A DNA stretch of 37,003 nucleotides from an uncultured Methanobrevibacter sp. (GTDB taxonomy: Archaea; Methanobacteriota; Methanobacteria; Methanobacteriales; Methanobacteriaceae), in the NCBI GenBank assembly GCA_902772665.1, contig CACYBU010000124.1:1-37003 (forward strand), given 5' to 3'. Positions 36,581-37,003 of the stretch are shown here, piece by piece. Every line of letters begins with the position of its first letter. Position 1 is the first letter of the stretch. The position numbers were made by a program, and so were the translations under genes. The notes beneath the pieces are model-generated. The model worked only from the letters and a program-made list of their open reading frames with translations, was not told the DNA's origin and ran no database searches.

Positions 36581-36594
36581 TTAAATCTTAAATA

Positions 36595-37003
36595 TTATAT
36601 CACTTCAAAATCGATGAGTTTTACTTTATTTGAAAGTAATTTAGGATTGTCATCAATTTTTTCTGATAGTTTTGTTGTTATGTATTTTTTATTGTCATCC
36701 GGAAAGACAGTAGCTATCTTAAACTCTTCACTGTTCATTAAAACGCTTGCAAGGAAGTTTGCTCCACTTGAAATGCCTATTCCTAAACCAAACTCTTTAG
36801 CTATTCTTTTTGACATGTTAATGGCATCCAAATCATCAATCAACACTATATCATCAATCAAGTCTTGTTCTACGATGCCCGGAATGAAGTCATCTCCGAT
36901 TCCTTCAATCATATGACTTCCCTCTTCCATGCCCATTTTAAGAATTGATAATGTTGAGGGTTCCAGAGCAAATATTTTGGAATCTGGATTGTTGTCCTTT
37001 AAT
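36595..37003 (-). CDS. PLP-dependent cysteine synthase family protein, 5'-truncated by the window edge
   Basis: Frame is open to the window end (LKDNNPDSKIFALEP). Motifs HMIEGIG.DFIP, GISSGAN and TVFPDDNKKY. Confidence 0.85.
   Translation of the reverse strand, partial: LKDNNPDSKIFALEPSTLSILKMGMEEGSHMIEGIGDDFIPGIVEQDLIDDIVLIDDLDAINMSKRIAKEFGLGIGISSGANFLASVLMNSEEFKIATVFPDDNKKYITTKLSEKIDDNPKLLSNKVKLIDFEVI

Noticed and set aside
204-36916. Short antisense or alternate-frame ORFs in the track (e.g. 204-395, 3317-3670, 6620-6823, 13509-13814, 22397-22726, 31696-32043, 36614-36916)
   Set aside because: They are shadows of well-supported genes, with no RBS or recognisable motifs.
1-37003. CRISPR array or cas operon to go with the Cas4-like and CARF genes
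   Set aside because: No regularly spaced direct repeats were seen in any intergenic region, there are no cas1/2/10-like ORFs, and the two genes are 25 kb apart.
1-37003. tRNA/rRNA genes
   Set aside because: No GC-rich cloverleaf with a T-arm GTTC(G/A)A plus acceptor stem, and no rRNA-like stretch, was found by eye.

Overview
AT-rich chromosomal window that is most likely from a Methanobrevibacter-like (Methanobacteriales) gut methanogen. The basis is archaeal TATA promoters, GGAGGT/AGGTG RBSs, pseudomurein-binding adhesin-like transglutaminases, a MurT-like Mur ligase and a TGNP-anchored DUF11 protein. It holds about 30 intact genes. These include many bacterial-type genes (IscU-like/GGGtGRT pair, DTD1, TelA operon, Nim-like, family-1 UNG, glutathione-reductase-like, cysteine synthase). 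There are also about 9-10 broken genes or relics: GT2, a transglutaminase relic, a tandem paralog, a biotinyl-domain gene, an orphan CARF-HEPN gene, an IS605/TnpB 5' half, a probable TnpB omega-RNA 3' relic, DUF11 and GNAT. No rRNA, tRNA or CRISPR array was seen. The most interesting items are: (1) a 1030-aa DUF4145/HEPN-like + Zn-ribbon + ~12 tandem HTH-like repeat protein between two paralogous pseudomurein-remodelling candidates; (2) a shared promoter and covarying 5' hairpin on those two paralogs, one possibly using an ATT start; (3) an orphan CARF-HEPN effector in an operon with a secreted M14-like peptidase; (4) an archaeal TelA membrane-stress operon; (5) lesions concentrated in accessory genes. 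All family calls come from recognising motifs by eye; no database searches were run.
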